Shown: positions 14,141 through 29,955 of the stretch, in pieces | Numbering within the stretch: the stretch's first letter is position 1 | Layout of the letters: the number at the start of each line of letters is the position of its first letter | Assembly: GCF_009914755.1 (NCBI RefSeq) | Contig: NC_060940.1 | DNA: 64,000 bases | Reading direction: 5' to 3' (one strand) | Origin: the human T2T-CHM13v2.0 reference genome, Homo sapiens | Made by a program: the position numbers and the translations under genes | Notes under the pieces: model-generated | What the model was told of the DNA's origin: nothing | Seen by the model: only the letters and a program-made list of their open reading frames with translations | The model's database searches: none

Positions 14141-15090
14141 CCTCAGACAGAGGCAGAAGATAGTTGCAAACAATAACATAATCGGTCGTACCAAGAAACA
14201 AGTGCTGGAACAATGGGACTTAAGGATAAATCTGCCTTTCACAGCAGGGAGCCCCCCAGTGGGGCGAATGGAAGAGAATATAAAGTTCCCAGGCTCTTGA
14301 ATTGAACAAAGACGGAGTCTCAGCTGCAGACAGGCCAAATTCCAGTGGCAAAAACAATGTCCTGAGAGCCAGAGCTTCCAACATCTGGAGCCCAAACAGG
14401 GACCTAACAAAAGATCAGAATACAATGACCCCGGGGGATGCCTGACGAGTGTATCGTAAGAATAATCATTGTCTCTGGGCATTGGGTTATGAGTAATATC
14501 CTCTTCTGTTTTCTACTGAGTGATTGTGCTACTTTTTAATTAGAAAAAGAAGCATTTTAGAAAAGTATATGTGTCCTCCCTGGAGCCGAAAACAGCATGG
14601 GGCAGCAGAAGTGACTGCTTTTCCATGCCAAACCTCACACTGATGAGAAAGATTTGCATGTCCGATGACGCACCAAAGGTGTGTAATTTCAATCCCCTGG
14701 GGCAAATGGTCCTGCCATCTACTGTAACGACTGATAAATGGGAAGGCAATAATAAGCATAATCTTTTTTTCTCAGGTGTTTTCTTTTTGGCAGGGGTGGA
14801 TGGGGGTGAATCAGTGAACAAAGTAGACTTAACTTCTAAAATCTAAACGTCCCTGGGGTTTTCCACTTGCAGATTCTGTCTGAGGTTGAAGACAAAGAAA
14901 GGCCACTATGAGTTCAGTATCCAGAAGGTCCTGGATTTCTTTCCGGCTCACAAGAAGGGAAATTAGGGAACATGGGCTTAAACATGTCTTCACTGGCATT
15001 GAATCTGTGAGAAGTCAGCCCCACGGTTTTGGTAATACTAAGTTAAATACTAGTTTAAAATGAGTTTGAGCCTATTTGAACCCAATTTGA

Positions 15091-15445
<355 letters not shown>

Positions 15446-15834
15446 GGCCCCTGGCTTTGGACCTTGGCCCTGTTGTTGAACAGCTCTGCAACTGTGGACA
15501 AGGAACTTAATTTCTCTGTGCTTCAATTTTGTTCTTGAAAAAGGGGATAATGATAGTATCTACCTCACTGGGATGTGTTTTAGGATTAAATATATACAAA
15601 TAAAGCTCCTAGCACAGGACTTGTCATATAGTGAACAAACAACAAATTTTGTTATAAACACTAATGTAATGAGGATCAAAATCATTAGTATTTGGGTGTT
15701 TGTAGCTTTTCCCTTTCCTCTCCTATTAAAAGCCAGTATTACTTGGTCAGCAAATCCTCCTCAGCCCCTTCTCCCACACTGTCCTCTGCTTTGGGGTCTT
15801 ATTGGGAAATGTGGTGAATGAGTGGGAGAACCAG

Positions 15835-16177
<343 letters not shown>

Positions 16178-16221
16178 CTAGTGTGAGAGGTGGTGACTGA
16201 GATAAATCAGGGAAGGAGACT

Positions 16222-16740
16222 GAATTAGTGATCTACTGCTGCCCGATAAATTACCCCAAACTTCGCAGCTAAAAAGAAATCAACATTATTACATCTCACT
16301 GTTTTTATGGGTCAGCTATTTGGGAGAGGCTCAGCTGTGTTATTCTGTCTCAAGGTCACTCATCAGATTGCAGTTTAGATGTCAGCTAGGCCTGAAGTCA
16401 TCTGAAAGCTCAAAAGATTGGAAGACCATCTTTCAGGATGGCTCACTCATGAGGCTATTGGCAAGAGGCCTCAGATTCTAACCACAATGGCTCTGCACAG
16501 GGCTGTGTGAGTGCCTTCAATGACATGACAGATGGCTTCCCCGACCCGAGAGAGAACACGGAAGAAGCTGCAAGGCCTTTTATGACCTAGTCTTGGAAAT
16601 CACACATTATCACTTCCACAACATTCTGTTCATTAGAAGACAGTCACTAAGCCCATTCTACACTGAAGGGGAAGGAAAATAGCTTCCATCTTTTGAAAGG
16701 AGGAGTGTCAGAATATTTGAAGACATTTAAAACCAAGACA
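16222..16740 (-). mobile_element. MLT1-family LTR
   Basis: attaccccaaact...ggctcactcat...ttttatgacctagtcttggaa...catttaaaacca. Confidence 0.7.
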
Positions 16741-17087
16741 GGGATTGCAGGGAGTGTTTCTGTGGATTGCTAATTTGATTCCCTTGAGTATTATTGGGGG
16801 ACTGCATATGAGGCTTGCAATTAATTTTCATTTTGGCTACATAATTGTCATTGCTGTTGTTGCTTTAATATGGCCTGGTCCCTAGATTGGTCTATATTGT
16901 GCCCATGGATATTTCTGGGTAACATTAATAATAAGTTTTATTTTAGAATGATGTATAGAAGGAAAGCTTTCAGGTAATTGATCATCTCTAATAATCACTG
17001 GAAACGTAGAACAAGGAAGAAAATGATTGAATATTTTCTCCTGTAAGCAAAGGCTGCCAAGATTTTTGGTGATGCTCATTTACCATA

Positions 17088-17530
17088 CAGTAAGTTGTCA
17101 TGTAATAAACACTGTGAATAGCTTCATGAAAACTTCAACTTTAGGCAAAACAGCATGTAATAAAACCAATTTTACCATAGGCTAACTGATATAAACAAGA
17201 GTTAAGTTCCTACAGCATATTTCTGGTCACAAAAACATCACCAAACTTCTCAATAAAGACCCAAAACACTTCAAATATTAAATATTGCAATAACTGTGAG
17301 CTATATGTACATTTAAAAAACATTAATAAAAACTTTTTGATGAGTTAGTCAGTGACAGTGATTGTAGTGGTGGTGGGTTAAATCAAGGAATGAATGTTTG
17401 TAAAATGAAAATTGTGGGAGTACCTCCTACTACCATGCAGTTCAAAAACAAACAATAACGAATATGGCAGGCTCATTGAGCGCCTTCATATTGCAACATT
17501 TATGGTAGTGCATTTGTATGATGATTGTAA
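17088..17530. mobile_element. MER82-like TcMar-Tigger relic
   Basis: aaaccaattttaccataggctaactgatataaacaagagttaagttcc matches the recalled MER82 consensus. Confidence 0.7.
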
Positions 17531-17649
17531 ACTTCTTTATTTATGCTTGCTTTTTTCATTCTTTATATCTTTTTAGTGTCAGCCTGTGCCTTAATATGTA
17601 AAATACATCTCTTGTAGACAGCATATAGTTGAGTCTTACAACAATCTCT

Positions 17650-17947
17650 TCTTTTTGTTTGTTTTGAGACGGAGTCTTGCTCTGTTGCCCAGGCTGCAGT
17701 GCAGTGGCACAATCTCGGCTCACCCTGCAACCTCTGCCTCCTAGGTTCAAGTGATTCTCCTGCCTCAGCCTCCCAAGTAGCTGGGACTACAGGCATGCAC
17801 CACCATGCCCAGCTAATTTTTGTATTTTTAGTAGACATGGGGATTCACCATGTTGGCCAGGATGGTCCCAATCTCTTGATCTCATGATCCACCTGCCTTG
17901 GCCTCCCAAATTGCTGGGGTTACAGGCGTGAGCCACCACGCCTGGCC
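17650..17947 (-). mobile_element. AluS
   Basis: Full dimer; TSD caa(t/c)ctcttcttttt. Confidence 0.92.
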
Positions 17948-18011
17948 CAACCTCTTCTTTTTATAGAGTGTTTAGTCTACTTACATTTAATATAATCGCT
18001 GATATGAATGG

Positions 18012-18404
18012 TGATATACTTCAGATATTTGTCCCCAACCAAGTCTCATGTTGAATTGTAATCCCCAATGCTGGAGATGAGGCCTGGTGGGAGGTGTTTG
18101 GATCATGGGGGTGGATCCCTCATGGCTTGGTGCTGTCTTCATGATAGTGAGGTCTCGCAAGATCTGGCTGTTTAAACGTGTGTAACACCTCCCTTTCTCT
18201 CTTTTCCTCCTGCTTTTGCCATGTGATGTGCCTGCTCCCCTTTTGCCTTCTGCCATGATCAGAAGCTTTCTGAGGGCTCCCCAGAAGCAGATGCCACTAT
18301 GCTTCCTGGACAGCCTGCAGAACTGTGAGCCAATTAAACATTTTTAATATAAATTACATAGTCTCAGGTATTTCTCTATAACAACGCAAGAATGGCCTAA
18401 TAAA
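18012..18404 (+). mobile_element. MSTB (ERVL-MaLR) solo LTR
   Basis: tgatat...tctcatgttgaattgtaatcccc...ctaata; 5-bp TSD aatgg on both sides. Confidence 0.88.
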
Positions 18405-18414
18405 AATGGGTTTA

Positions 18415-18791
<377 letters not shown>

Positions 18792-19823
18792 TTACCTGAT
18801 TTCTTTTGGGTTAACTGAATTTTTTTTAGTGTTCCATTTTATTTTCTATATTAGCTTCTTACCTATATCTCTTTGAAGATTGTGGGTTTTCGTTGTTGTT
18901 TTACAGTGATTGATCTAGGGCTAACAATATAAACTTTTACTTATCAAAAGCTATTTATAATTAATGCTGTACCATTTCCCACTTCATACATAGACAACAA
19001 TGTAATTCAACTTATCCACTCTCCCTCATTCTTTGTACAACTGTTGCCACATCACTTACCTCTGCATAGAGTGTAAACCCCATATTGCAGTGTTGTTATT
19101 GTACTTTAAAAAGTCAATTGTCTTTCAGAACATTACCACAAAGGAAAACATAACACCGTATATTTACCCACTTATTTACCATTCAGTTGCTCTTCATTCT
19201 TTCCTATAGATCCAGATTTCTCTCTAGAATCATTTCTCTTATGCCTGAATGATATCTTTTAGCATTTCTTGTAACTCAGGTCTGCTAGTAGTGAATCCTC
19301 TCAACCACCTTTTTAGAAAGATATGTCCGCTGGATATAAAATTCTGGGTTGAGAGTTGTTTCAGCTCTTTAAAGGTATTATTTTTTTGTCTTCTGATCTC
19401 ATAGTTTCTGATGAAAATTCCGCAGTCATTCTAATCCTTGTTCCCCAGTAATGTACCTTTTTGCTCCGGCTGCTGTCAAGATTTTTCTCTGCATTTCTGA
19501 TTGTCAGCAGTTTGACTACAGATGAGCCTAGGTGTAGTTCTCTTCGTATGCATCCTGCTTGGGGTTCATTGCTACTAACACCTGTAAGTTGATGCTTTTC
19601 ATCAAATTAGGATGAAAGATTTAAGCCATTATTTATTTAAATGTTTTATTTGCCCTAATCTCACTCTTGTCTCCTTCCGGGACTCTATATACATACAGTT
19701 ATACATTACACATGAATATATTTATATATTTTTACATATTACATTTATTTACATATTTATATATAAGACTATTTGATATTTTCCCACATATCCCTAAGGC
19801 TCAGTTTGTTTTCAAAAATCTTT

Positions 19824-20486
<663 letters not shown>

Positions 20487-21091
20487 CTATTCTGCCTTCA
20501 AATTCCCCGACCTTGTCCTCTGCCATCTTGAATCTGCTGTTAAATACCTCCAGGTATTATTCATTTTTTACTTGTCACTTCTAGCATTTGCATTTTTTTT
20601 GCAGTCTCTATGTCTTTGTTAAGATTACCTCTTTTTACTTTTTTAATTCATTGAACATATTATAATTGCTGCATTTAAGCTTTTATTTTCTAAGTGCAAC
20701 GCTGGGACCATCTTGGGCTTAGTTTTATTGCCTTTTTTCTTGCCTAAAAATCAAACTTTTTTGTTTCTTTGTATGTCTAGTATTTCTTGTTTGAAAAATG
20801 GGCATTGTGATGAACACATAGTAGGCTATGTATTGTATGTATTACCATACACGTATCTGAATTTTCTTATTTTCTCCTGAAAGGTATTGATTCTGCACTT
20901 CATTTACGGGCTGGTCATCTTGAACTTATATAGGTTTATGAGTGGTTACTATGGATCTCTGGAAAGCCCAGTGTTTCCCAGGCCCCTCTTACTTGAGGAC
21001 TCAACTTCTAAACTCTGCCCTCACTGCTAATCTTATCAGGAGTTTATTCAGGTTTTGTTAGGTAAGGTACAAAGTAGGTCTTACTTTAGGG

Positions 21092-21295
21092 CAGTGGTTC
21101 TCAACGGAAGCAATTCTGCACCTAGAGGACATGTGGCGATGTCTTTTTAGTTGCCGCACGTTGGTGGGGGAGTGCTACTGGCATCTGATGAGTGGAGCCA
21201 CGGATGCTGCTAAATATCCTACGATGCAAAGGATGCCCCCACTCAAAAAAGAAATCTCTTGTCCAAAATGCAATACTACCTGGGAGAAGACTCTG
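21092..21295 (+). mobile_element. MER20 (hAT-Charlie)
   Basis: cagtggttctcaac...tgctactggcatct...ggatgctgctaaatatcctac. Confidence 0.85.
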
Positions 21296-22765
21296 CTCCT
21301 TAGATGTGGCCTTTCTGGCACCTCAGCTGGGTACCAGGGGGATTAATCAGCCGTTAATGATCTCTCTCCACTCTGGCAGAGCTGAAAATCCACCATGCCC
21401 CAGCACTGCTCGTCCTTAGCACTGCCTACCTTCTGGTACCTATATTCCACTCTCACCCCTGAAGCAGCCACTCTCTGATGAGCCTCAGGTGGTCTTGTGT
21501 GCACACGTGTCTCTCAGGCACAGACTCAGAGAATCTCCACACACAGCTCCCTCTGGATAGCTCCCTCCTCTCCAATCTCCCGCCTCACAGATTCTAACCT
21601 CTTCTGTTCCCCTGAACGCTGATCTCTTCCTCCTTCAGTCAGTAGGATCACTGTCCTTTGCTCAAATTCCAGTTCTTTATTCTACAGTTGGAATAATGTC
21701 CCTAGCCAGGAAGCTGGACAATTTTGGGAATCATGAGTTTCTCTTCTCTCAAGGACCAAAGTCTTGCTATATTTACTATCCACTGTCAGGGATGGTGGAA
21801 ATAAAAAGCTGCCCTACGTATTTTGGCCAGGCCAAGTTGTTTGCATGAAGGATAATCCATATCAGTGACTCCATCATGGCTAGAAACTGAACTCATTTAT
21901 TTATACTGGCCTTTCCATTTCAAGTCAAAACCTCGTAGAAACTAGTGAATCTGAAAGAATTGTGATAACACACTCATACTGCAGGCGTTTCCAACCTGTC
22001 ACTCACTGAAGACATTTCTAGTTCAGATTCTAACTTGACAGAAATGTCCTAAGCCTCTACCATGGGGAAAGTACTCTCACAGAGGATAAATCAGTTTATC
22101 CTCCTAACAACCCTGAGAGGTATGCACTGTCATCTCCATTTTATAAAATAAAATTTCTACAACGTGGGGGAGATAAAATTCATTCAGGATGCATGCATTG
22201 CTTCCCCAAAATCATATGGAAGTATGTCAAAAGGGTCTATCTGATTCCAGGTTCAAAGTCCTTTACTTCCTTTCCAATGTTCACAGCTGTCCTTTTGGGA
22301 TCTCTCTACTACCTCTCAGAGGAGATGAAATGGCCTTAAAACATAACTACTTTTTCCCGTCTCACGCTCATCTGCTCTCTGCTAATTTTATTCATATTTT
22401 CCTTTTCTGGAACCCCCGTATTTGATGCTGAGCCTCTTTGTCCACATTTGTCCTGGGACATATTTGAGGCTGAACATGGCCTCTCTCCCAGGGAGCAAGG
22501 AACTCACACTACCAAGAACATGTTGTCCAACATTTATATTGCACAATCATAGTTCCTCTATTAAAATCTTAAAAAAAATTTATCTCTCAAGTGTTAACTA
22601 ATCTGTTATCCAATTCGGGTAAAGGAAGGCAATGTTTTCCATGGAGCACCAGTAAATACTGATCTATTTTTTCCTATTTTTATGAATCAGGAACCACTTT
22701 TTAAGTTGAAAATAAGATCACGTTATCTGTTTGCACTATAAAATCAAAACAAAGAACAAGTACAT

Positions 22766-23201
22766 TGTAGTTGGTTAAATGATGATGCCCTATACAGATA
22801 TGTCCATATCCTAATCCCCAGAACTTGTGAATGTGACTTTATTTGGGAAACTGACCTTTGCAAGTGTAATTAAGTTATGGATTTTGAGATAAGATCATCC
22901 TGGATTACCCAGCTGGGGTTACATCCAATGATAAGTATCCTTATAAGAGATAGCAGTGGAGAGACACAAAGACACAAGAAGACCATGTAAAGATAGAGGC
23001 AGAGATCAGAGTGATGACAACAGCCTCCAGAAGATGGAAAAGTCAAGGAACGAATGGAATTCCCCCTAGAGTCTTTGGAGGGAGCACATCCTGCCAATCC
23101 CTTGATTTCAGATTTCTGGCCTCCGGAACTGTGAGAAAGTACATTTCTGTTGGTTTAACCACATTTGTGGTACTTTTGTTATAGCAGACACAAGTTAATA
23201 C
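22766..23201 (+). mobile_element. MLT1C/D-like LTR
   Basis: gtccatatcctaatcccc...gtaattaagtta...ttctggcctccggaactgtgaga...taataca. Confidence 0.8.
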
Positions 23202-24860
23202 AATGGAAACTAAGACGCGTGTTCTCAGAAAAAGATAAGCTGACACACTAATCACGTTGGACTCTTCACAATTGTTTCCATTAAGGTTGGTTTCTTTGTG
23301 TTCATGGGTTTCCTTAAAGGCTAACTCTTGCTAGTACTGATAGAACCAGCCAACCAAGCAGGTGCAAATGTTTAAGTAAAAATAGAGAAAAACTTAAAAT
23401 TGAGTAAATTAAGAAACAATTTTCCTGCTGATTAGGAAATGATTGCTGTACGCTTCCATAGCAACCTATGTGGTGCAAGTCTTGCACACAATGGAAAACG
23501 CAAACCAAGGTAGCGTTAGCCTCAAGAACAATGCCCGACTCACATTCTGAAAGAGCAACAGCCTCAGAACCAGGGTGATAGAGTTGACATGGATTTAATC
23601 GTCTCTCTACTCTACCATTTACATTGTCAGTTACTTTTTCAGGCTGTTCCTCTACTGGAGGAAGGCTGCCATGGGCAAGCAGGGCAACATGCTTCCTCTC
23701 ATATTCAGCAAGCAGACAGACAGGGAGAGAGCATGGTGGGAACCAACCACAGGCAAGAATGATGGGTCATCCTTCTTTCTAATCAGGCCCTGCATGTCAC
23801 ACATTTTCATTGATGCATTCCACGTATGAATGTACTACAATGTATTTATTCATTCTCCTGTTCATAAACATTTTTGTTGATTTTTTCTTTCATACTACAA
23901 AAAAAAGCTGTCGTAGACACTTTTGACTGTGTATCTGTAGGAGTTTCTTTCGGGTATGTAAATAGGAGTGGCATGATTGAGTCATAACTTTTGTTGTTCT
24001 CAACAGAGGTTGTACCAACCTCCACAAACCACGTATGAGAGTTCTGCCCCTCTACATCCTTGCCAGTGCATACTGGGTCCAACTTTAAAATTTGTTAATC
24101 TTGTACATTTTCTTTCAACCATCTGCCACTCTAAACTAGTCTCTAAACTCCACATGGGTAAGGATTTTATTTCATTCACTCCCAAACCCTAGACAATGCT
24201 TAGCACTTGGCAGATTTCACCAGGGAGAACAGTGAAACAATAGATTTTCGAGGGCAGGGCCCCAGCCTCTCTGCTCTTGTCTGTGTCACTCCTTTGTTAT
24301 GTTGTTAACAATAAGAATGGAGGGAGGGTATACTCTGTTCACTGGGAAAATCTTGCTATTAGCTGAATCGGCACACACACGGATTCTAGAGGACAGGGAA
24401 AAGATGTCTTTGCTTTTGCCCTTAAGTTGCCTATCAGTCTTAGTGGCGAGACCTCCTCCCTCTCCTTCATCAGCCACAGTGCTCTGGGTCATTCACCCCT
24501 TCCATTCTCCCTCCCAACCAAGGTCTTCCTCAGCCTCTGCCTCGGGGTGGGAGTGGTTCAGGTCCATGTAGTTTACCTTTTGATAGAGCTGGGGTAGGGG
24601 TGAGCAGGGAAGGGAGTGAAGGAAGAGATTGTGGAAGGCAGCCTCAGTGGGGAACAGCTAAACACATTAACTTTCTACTGCTGAGATCAGCCACTCTCAG
24701 TGCAGGACCCTGATAAATGGATTTGGTTTTCCTTCTCCTTTTTCAAATATCTGCTTCTGCCATCCTTAGTATGGGCCAAATTCCTAGAAATAAAGACAAG
24801 TGGGTACCACACCCAAGACAGAATTGGTTGGGGACTCCATCCAAACTTGCCACTTCCCAG

Positions 24861-25062
24861 CAGTGGTTCTCAACCAGGGGCAGCAGCGCCCCCTGGAGGC
24901 ACCTGGAAAGGTATGGTGACATCGTTGCGGTCACCCTGCTTGAGAAGTTGGTGGGTCAGGGCCAGGCTCGATGAACAGCCTGCAATAGGCAGGATACACC
25001 TGCACAACATGGCACTGTCTAGGCGAAAAGGCTGGCAGTGCACTCACTGCATATGCTGAGGC
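24861..25062 (+). mobile_element. MER20/MER20B-like hAT element
   Basis: cagtggttctcaaccagggg 5' end; cctgcaat...aggat...cctgcacaac internal motif. Confidence 0.6.
24884..24902 (-). promoter_or_regulatory. CTCF motif GTGCCTCCAGGGGGCGCTG within a MER20-family element
   Basis: Close match to the CTCF consensus on the minus strand. Binding not shown. Confidence 0.65.
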
Positions 25063-25461
25063 TTCTGGGAGGCCAGGGGCGTAGCCTGATATATTCACAG
25101 TGTTTCCCCGACATAAGCCCAGGCCCAGCAGAGAGAGGGAGCTCAAGGAAAACTCCTTGAGTGAGAGTGCATGAGTGAAGACAGCACTTCATGGCACCAG
25201 CTCACAGAACTCAAGGGCATGAGCCCTTTCAAGTGCATGAGCACACTGAAACCCAGGGTGTTAGCTCATCAGTAGTAAAAAGCAGACTAGGAATCTGAAG
25301 AAGAAATATCCCCCTGTGAGAAAGTAAATGAAATTTTCTTTAGATGTGGGGAGATTTTCTCTATTCCCGGGAAGCTATCGAGTTCCATCTCATCTCTCAT
25401 TTAGAAATACGAGGGAGTTTGAAGAGACATAGTCACAGTAAAAAGAAAAAAAAATACATAA

Positions 25462-25746
25462 GGCTGGGCACGGTGGCTCATGCCTGTAATCTCAGCACTT
25501 TGGGAGGCTGAGGCAGGCAGATCACTTGAGGTTAGGAGTTTGAGACCAGCCTGGCCAACGTGGTGAAACTCTGTCTCTACTAAAAATGGGAAAATTAGTC
25601 AAGCGTGGTAGCACACGCCTGTAATCCCAGCTACTGAGGGGGCTGAGGCAGCAAAATTGCTTGACCCAGGAGATGGAGGTTGCAGTGAGCCGAGATCACA
25701 CCACTGTACTCCAGCCTGGGCGACAGAGCAAGACTCCATCTCAAAA

Positions 25747-25755
<9 letters not shown>
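25462..25755 (+). mobile_element. AluS
   Basis: Full dimer. Confidence 0.93.
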
Positions 25756-25780
<25 letters not shown>

Positions 25781-26092
25781 TATAATAAGATATATAATAA
25801 TATATAAGATATATATATTATATAATATATATTATATAATATATATTATATATATTATATATAAGATATATAATATATAATATATATTATATATAAGATA
25901 TATAATATATAATATATATTATATATAAGATATATAATATATATTATATATGACATATGATATATATTATATATACACACACATTTTATATATACATATA
26001 TACATATTTTTAATATATACATATATACCTATTTTTGTATATCTGTATAGATATATGTATCTTTTTACATATATGTATATATATACACACAC
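25755..26092. repeat. (TA)n-rich low-complexity/minisatellite tract
   Basis: Nearly pure A/T with a repeated tataagatatataatatataatatatatta unit. Confidence 0.92.
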
Positions 26093-27544
26093 ACTGGAGT
26101 GCAGTGAGCCGAGATCAATGCCCAGATGTTGCAAAAAAGTCAAAACCTTAGTATGCAAGTTAATCCCTCTCTATTGATGGTGACCATGACCAAACATAGC
26201 AGAGCGGAATTTGCCAGGGGAGTTAGTTACATAGGCTTTCAAAAGAAAGTGAGGGGAGCACCCAAGCCCATCTCATTCGGGAGGGTAGGCAAGTGACTGA
26301 GGGCTGGGCTCCAGATCAAGGGCACTGGTTCATACCTCAGTTCTGACAGCTAGTAACTCAGTGGGTTTGGGTAAGTGGCCAAGCTTCTCCAAGCCTCAGT
26401 TTCCTTACCTATCAAATGGGGACAATGATACTTACCAAACAAGGCAACATGATTAAAAGAGATGACATAAGTAAAGCACAGTGCTTGGCAGTGAATTGTT
26501 ATTATTATCATTATTAATTCTTGGAAAAGCCACCCCAGACGAATGACCAGTAATAAAGCTACTGACCACCTCGGGGAACAGAACAGACACTCTGCCATTT
26601 AACCCAAGGACATGAGCAGACTGAAAGAATGTCGTATTCTTAAGACACATAAATGAAGTAATTTTATTCTGCCTTTAAGTCATTTTGTTCCCTGGTTGAA
26701 TAAGACGGTGTTGTGACTCACACTTTAAATTATAATTGTGTTTCTATATCCCTCTAGTTATAAATATTTCATTTTTAGGCTTCTTTAGGAAAAATGAAGG
26801 TCTTCCAGCTAACTTTATTCCTCATTCAAACTTTACAAATACATATTCCCCCCACCCTCTCCCCCAACCCCACCAACTCCAGGCCTTTGCAGGTGTTTTG
26901 CTTTACCAGGAAGTAGATTTGTGTTTTATTCAAATAACTCTGAATATCGATACTAATGAAAACACTTGGCATCTGTTTTCTGTTGAAATGTGAATGCTTC
27001 AGAGCAATATTTACAAAACCCACTTCCCAACCACTGCTCTCAGATTTGATTAAATAACAGTAAAACATGACATTCCAAAGCAGAGTCACAATCTGTTCTT
27101 GAGCTGTGTCAGGGCCAAGCCTCTATATTTTCTAATTTGTGAAACATCACTTACCCAGCTGATAGAACAAATGTTCTCTCCTCTCACTCAGATGCAATAC
27201 AGTTTGCGTTTTCCTAACTGAAGTCCCAAAGTTCCTTCCACACGTTTTAGGAATTGGAGGTAATATGGGGAATAATTCAAATATTGGTAGAGTGTGCAGT
27301 GGGGCACATTTGTGAGTTGACCAACCTTTTAGTAAGATGAGCTGCCGTAAACAAATCAAGGTAATTCATGGTAGAAGCAGGGAAGGGAGCAATCTCAAAA
27401 TTTTTATCAAACTTGGGTCTCCATTCAGAACAGAGAAAATTCTCTCTGGAGATCCTGGCAGACAGGTAGCAACTTCTACACATCCCATGACATAGCCACA
27501 GCATTTTATCTAAAGGAAGTCCACTATTAATAAATATTACTAGG

Positions 27545-28330
27545 TGTAGTTAGCTGAATAATGGCACCCCAAAATATCATGTCCAAATCCCTGGAATTCA
27601 TACATGCTACCTTATGTGAAAAATGGATCTTAGCAGATGTAATTAAATTAAGGATCTTCTTTTCTTTGAGGTGGGGTTTCACACTGTTGCCCAGGCTGGA
27701 GTGCAGTGGCAATTATAGCTCACTGCAGCCTTGAACTCCTGGGATAAAGCGATCCTCCCGCCTCAGCCTCCTGAGTAGCTGGGACTACAGGTACATGCCA
27801 CCACACCTGGCTGATTTTTGCATTTTTTTTAGAGATGGGGTCTTACTATGTTGCCCAGGCTGGTCTCAAACTCCTAGCTTCAGGCAATCTTCCCACCTCA
27901 GCCTCCCAAGTAGCTGGGATTAGAGGAATTGGCTACCGTGCCCAGCCTAAATAAGGATCTTGAGATGAAGAGATAACCTTTAATTATCTAGCAGGGGCCC
28001 TAAATGCAATCACAAATGTCCTTATCAGAAAGAGGCAGAGGGAGACTAAACACAGAAGAGGAGAATGTCACATGACCACTGAAGGAGAGATCACAGTGAT
28101 GCAGCTACAAGCCAAAGAATGCCAGCAGCCACCAGCAGCTGGAAGAGTGAAGGAATGGATTCTTCCCTAGAGCCTCCAGTGGAGGGTGGCTCTGCTAAAA
28201 CCCTGGTTTCAGCCTAACGAAACTGGTTTCAGACTTCTGGCCTCCAGAATTGAAAGAGAATAAAATTCTGTTGTTTTAAGCCAATCACATTTGTAGTAAT
28301 CTGTTGCAGATGGATTAAAAGACAAATCAC
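27545..28330 (+). mobile_element. MLT1D-like LTR interrupted by an AluJ (27656-27947, minus)
   Basis: LTR motifs continue across the Alu; TSD taaggatctt. Confidence 0.82.
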
Positions 28331-28552
28331 AATGGAGTCAAGGGTTTAGCAATTAAAAAATTAATCCAATTTTACAGATGAAAAAACTAAACAGAGAAGA
28401 GGCCAAATGGAATGAAAAATCCATACACACAGCAGGAGACAGAGCAAAGGCCTGGACTCAGGACACTTCTGGGTCTCACAGCCCTTTCTTAGGAAGAGAA
28501 GTCAAGCCTTTGGCCAGATTGGGTGCCCTTCTAACCATCTCGGGAAGTTTCT

Positions 28553-28761
28553 AGCACTGACCAATACTGTCCAACATAATGGCCACTAGCCACATGTGAC
28601 CTTTAAATTAATTGAGTTAAATTAGAAATTTAGTCCCTCATTTGCACAAACCACATTTTAAGAGCCCAACCCCCATGCATGGCATATGACCACAACATTG
28701 CACAGCACAGATCTATAAACATTAACATCATTGTAGGAAGTGCTGCTACTGGACAATGCTG
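28553..28761. mobile_element. MER3/MER33-like hAT MITE
   Basis: ctgtccaa...gccactagccacatgtg...tggacaatgctg. Confidence 0.7.
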
Positions 28762-29411
28762 GACCAGACACCTGGAAAACCCAGCAGATTTCTCCCCAGA
28801 CTTATCAACTCCATGTCTGCTTTCTTCATAATATATACCAACACCTAGTACACTGGTCAGGATGCCTTGGGAATCCAGTAAAGACATATGAAGGCACCAG
28901 GGACTGTGTACGGCTTTCCTCATGCCATGAAGGTCACTGCAATATGGGCCAAGGACCATAGCCAGTGAAACTTCCTTGGCTGAGCCCAGGAGCAGCACAG
29001 GGAGGCTGAGAACAAGATAGAGGAGACTAACACTCTTCTTAGACCCTCCCTAGACCCAACTCATGCCTCAGGAGAGTCCAAGGAGCTCCCAAAGCCACCT
29101 AGCATTCAGAGCACCCATCAGAGGCCACTCCTGGCCTGTTCTGATGGGATGTCCTCGTGGGATCCCAAGAGAAGTCTGATACGCTCTATTACACACTCTC
29201 TAGAAAATATCGGTTAATATTTGTATGGCCTTTTATACTCCAAAACCAATACTATGGTCTCCTTTGATGCATATAACTGGTGAAGCACAGATCTCCATTT
29301 TACAGATGAGAAAATGGAGGTTTAAAGAGGTGAGGTGAGGTGAGTTACCAAAGGTATATGGGGAAGCCAAGATCCAGTGAAAAATTCCAACTCTAAAATT
29401 TACTTTTATAT

Positions 29412-29953
29412 ACATTTTTCTCAAGTGTCTATGGAACATTATCCAGGATAGATCACATGTTAGGCCACAAAACAAGTCTTAATCAAGGAACACTGAAATC
29501 ATATCAAGTATCTTTTCTGATCACAATGAGATGAAACTAAAAGCAGTAACAGGAAAAATCACAGACAATTTACAAGTATATGAAAGCTAAATAATATGTT
29601 CCTGCATGACTATTGGGTCCAAGAAAAAATTAAAGAAGAAAATATAAAAATATATTGAGACAAAGGAAAATGGAAACACAACATATCCAAACTTATGAGA
29701 TGCAGCAAAAGCAGTACTAAGAGAGACTGTATACCAATAAATACCTGTATCAAAAAAAAGGAAAGATCTCAAATAAACAACCTAATGTTATACCTCAAGG
29801 CACTAGAAAAAGAAGAACTAAGCTCAAAGTTAGCAAAAAAAAAAAAAAAAAAAAAAAGGAAATAATAAAGACCAGAGCAGAAATAAATTAAATAGAAACT
29901 AGAAAAACAATAGAAAAGATCAACAAAACTTAGCTAGACTAAAAAAAAAAAAA
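29412..29953 (+). mobile_element. Older L1 (L1MA-type) ORF2 endonuclease region; probable left part of the host L1
   Basis: ggaacattatccaggatagatcacatgttaggccacaaaacaagtct and downstream ORF2 motifs. Confidence 0.8.
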
Positions 29954-29955
29954 GA

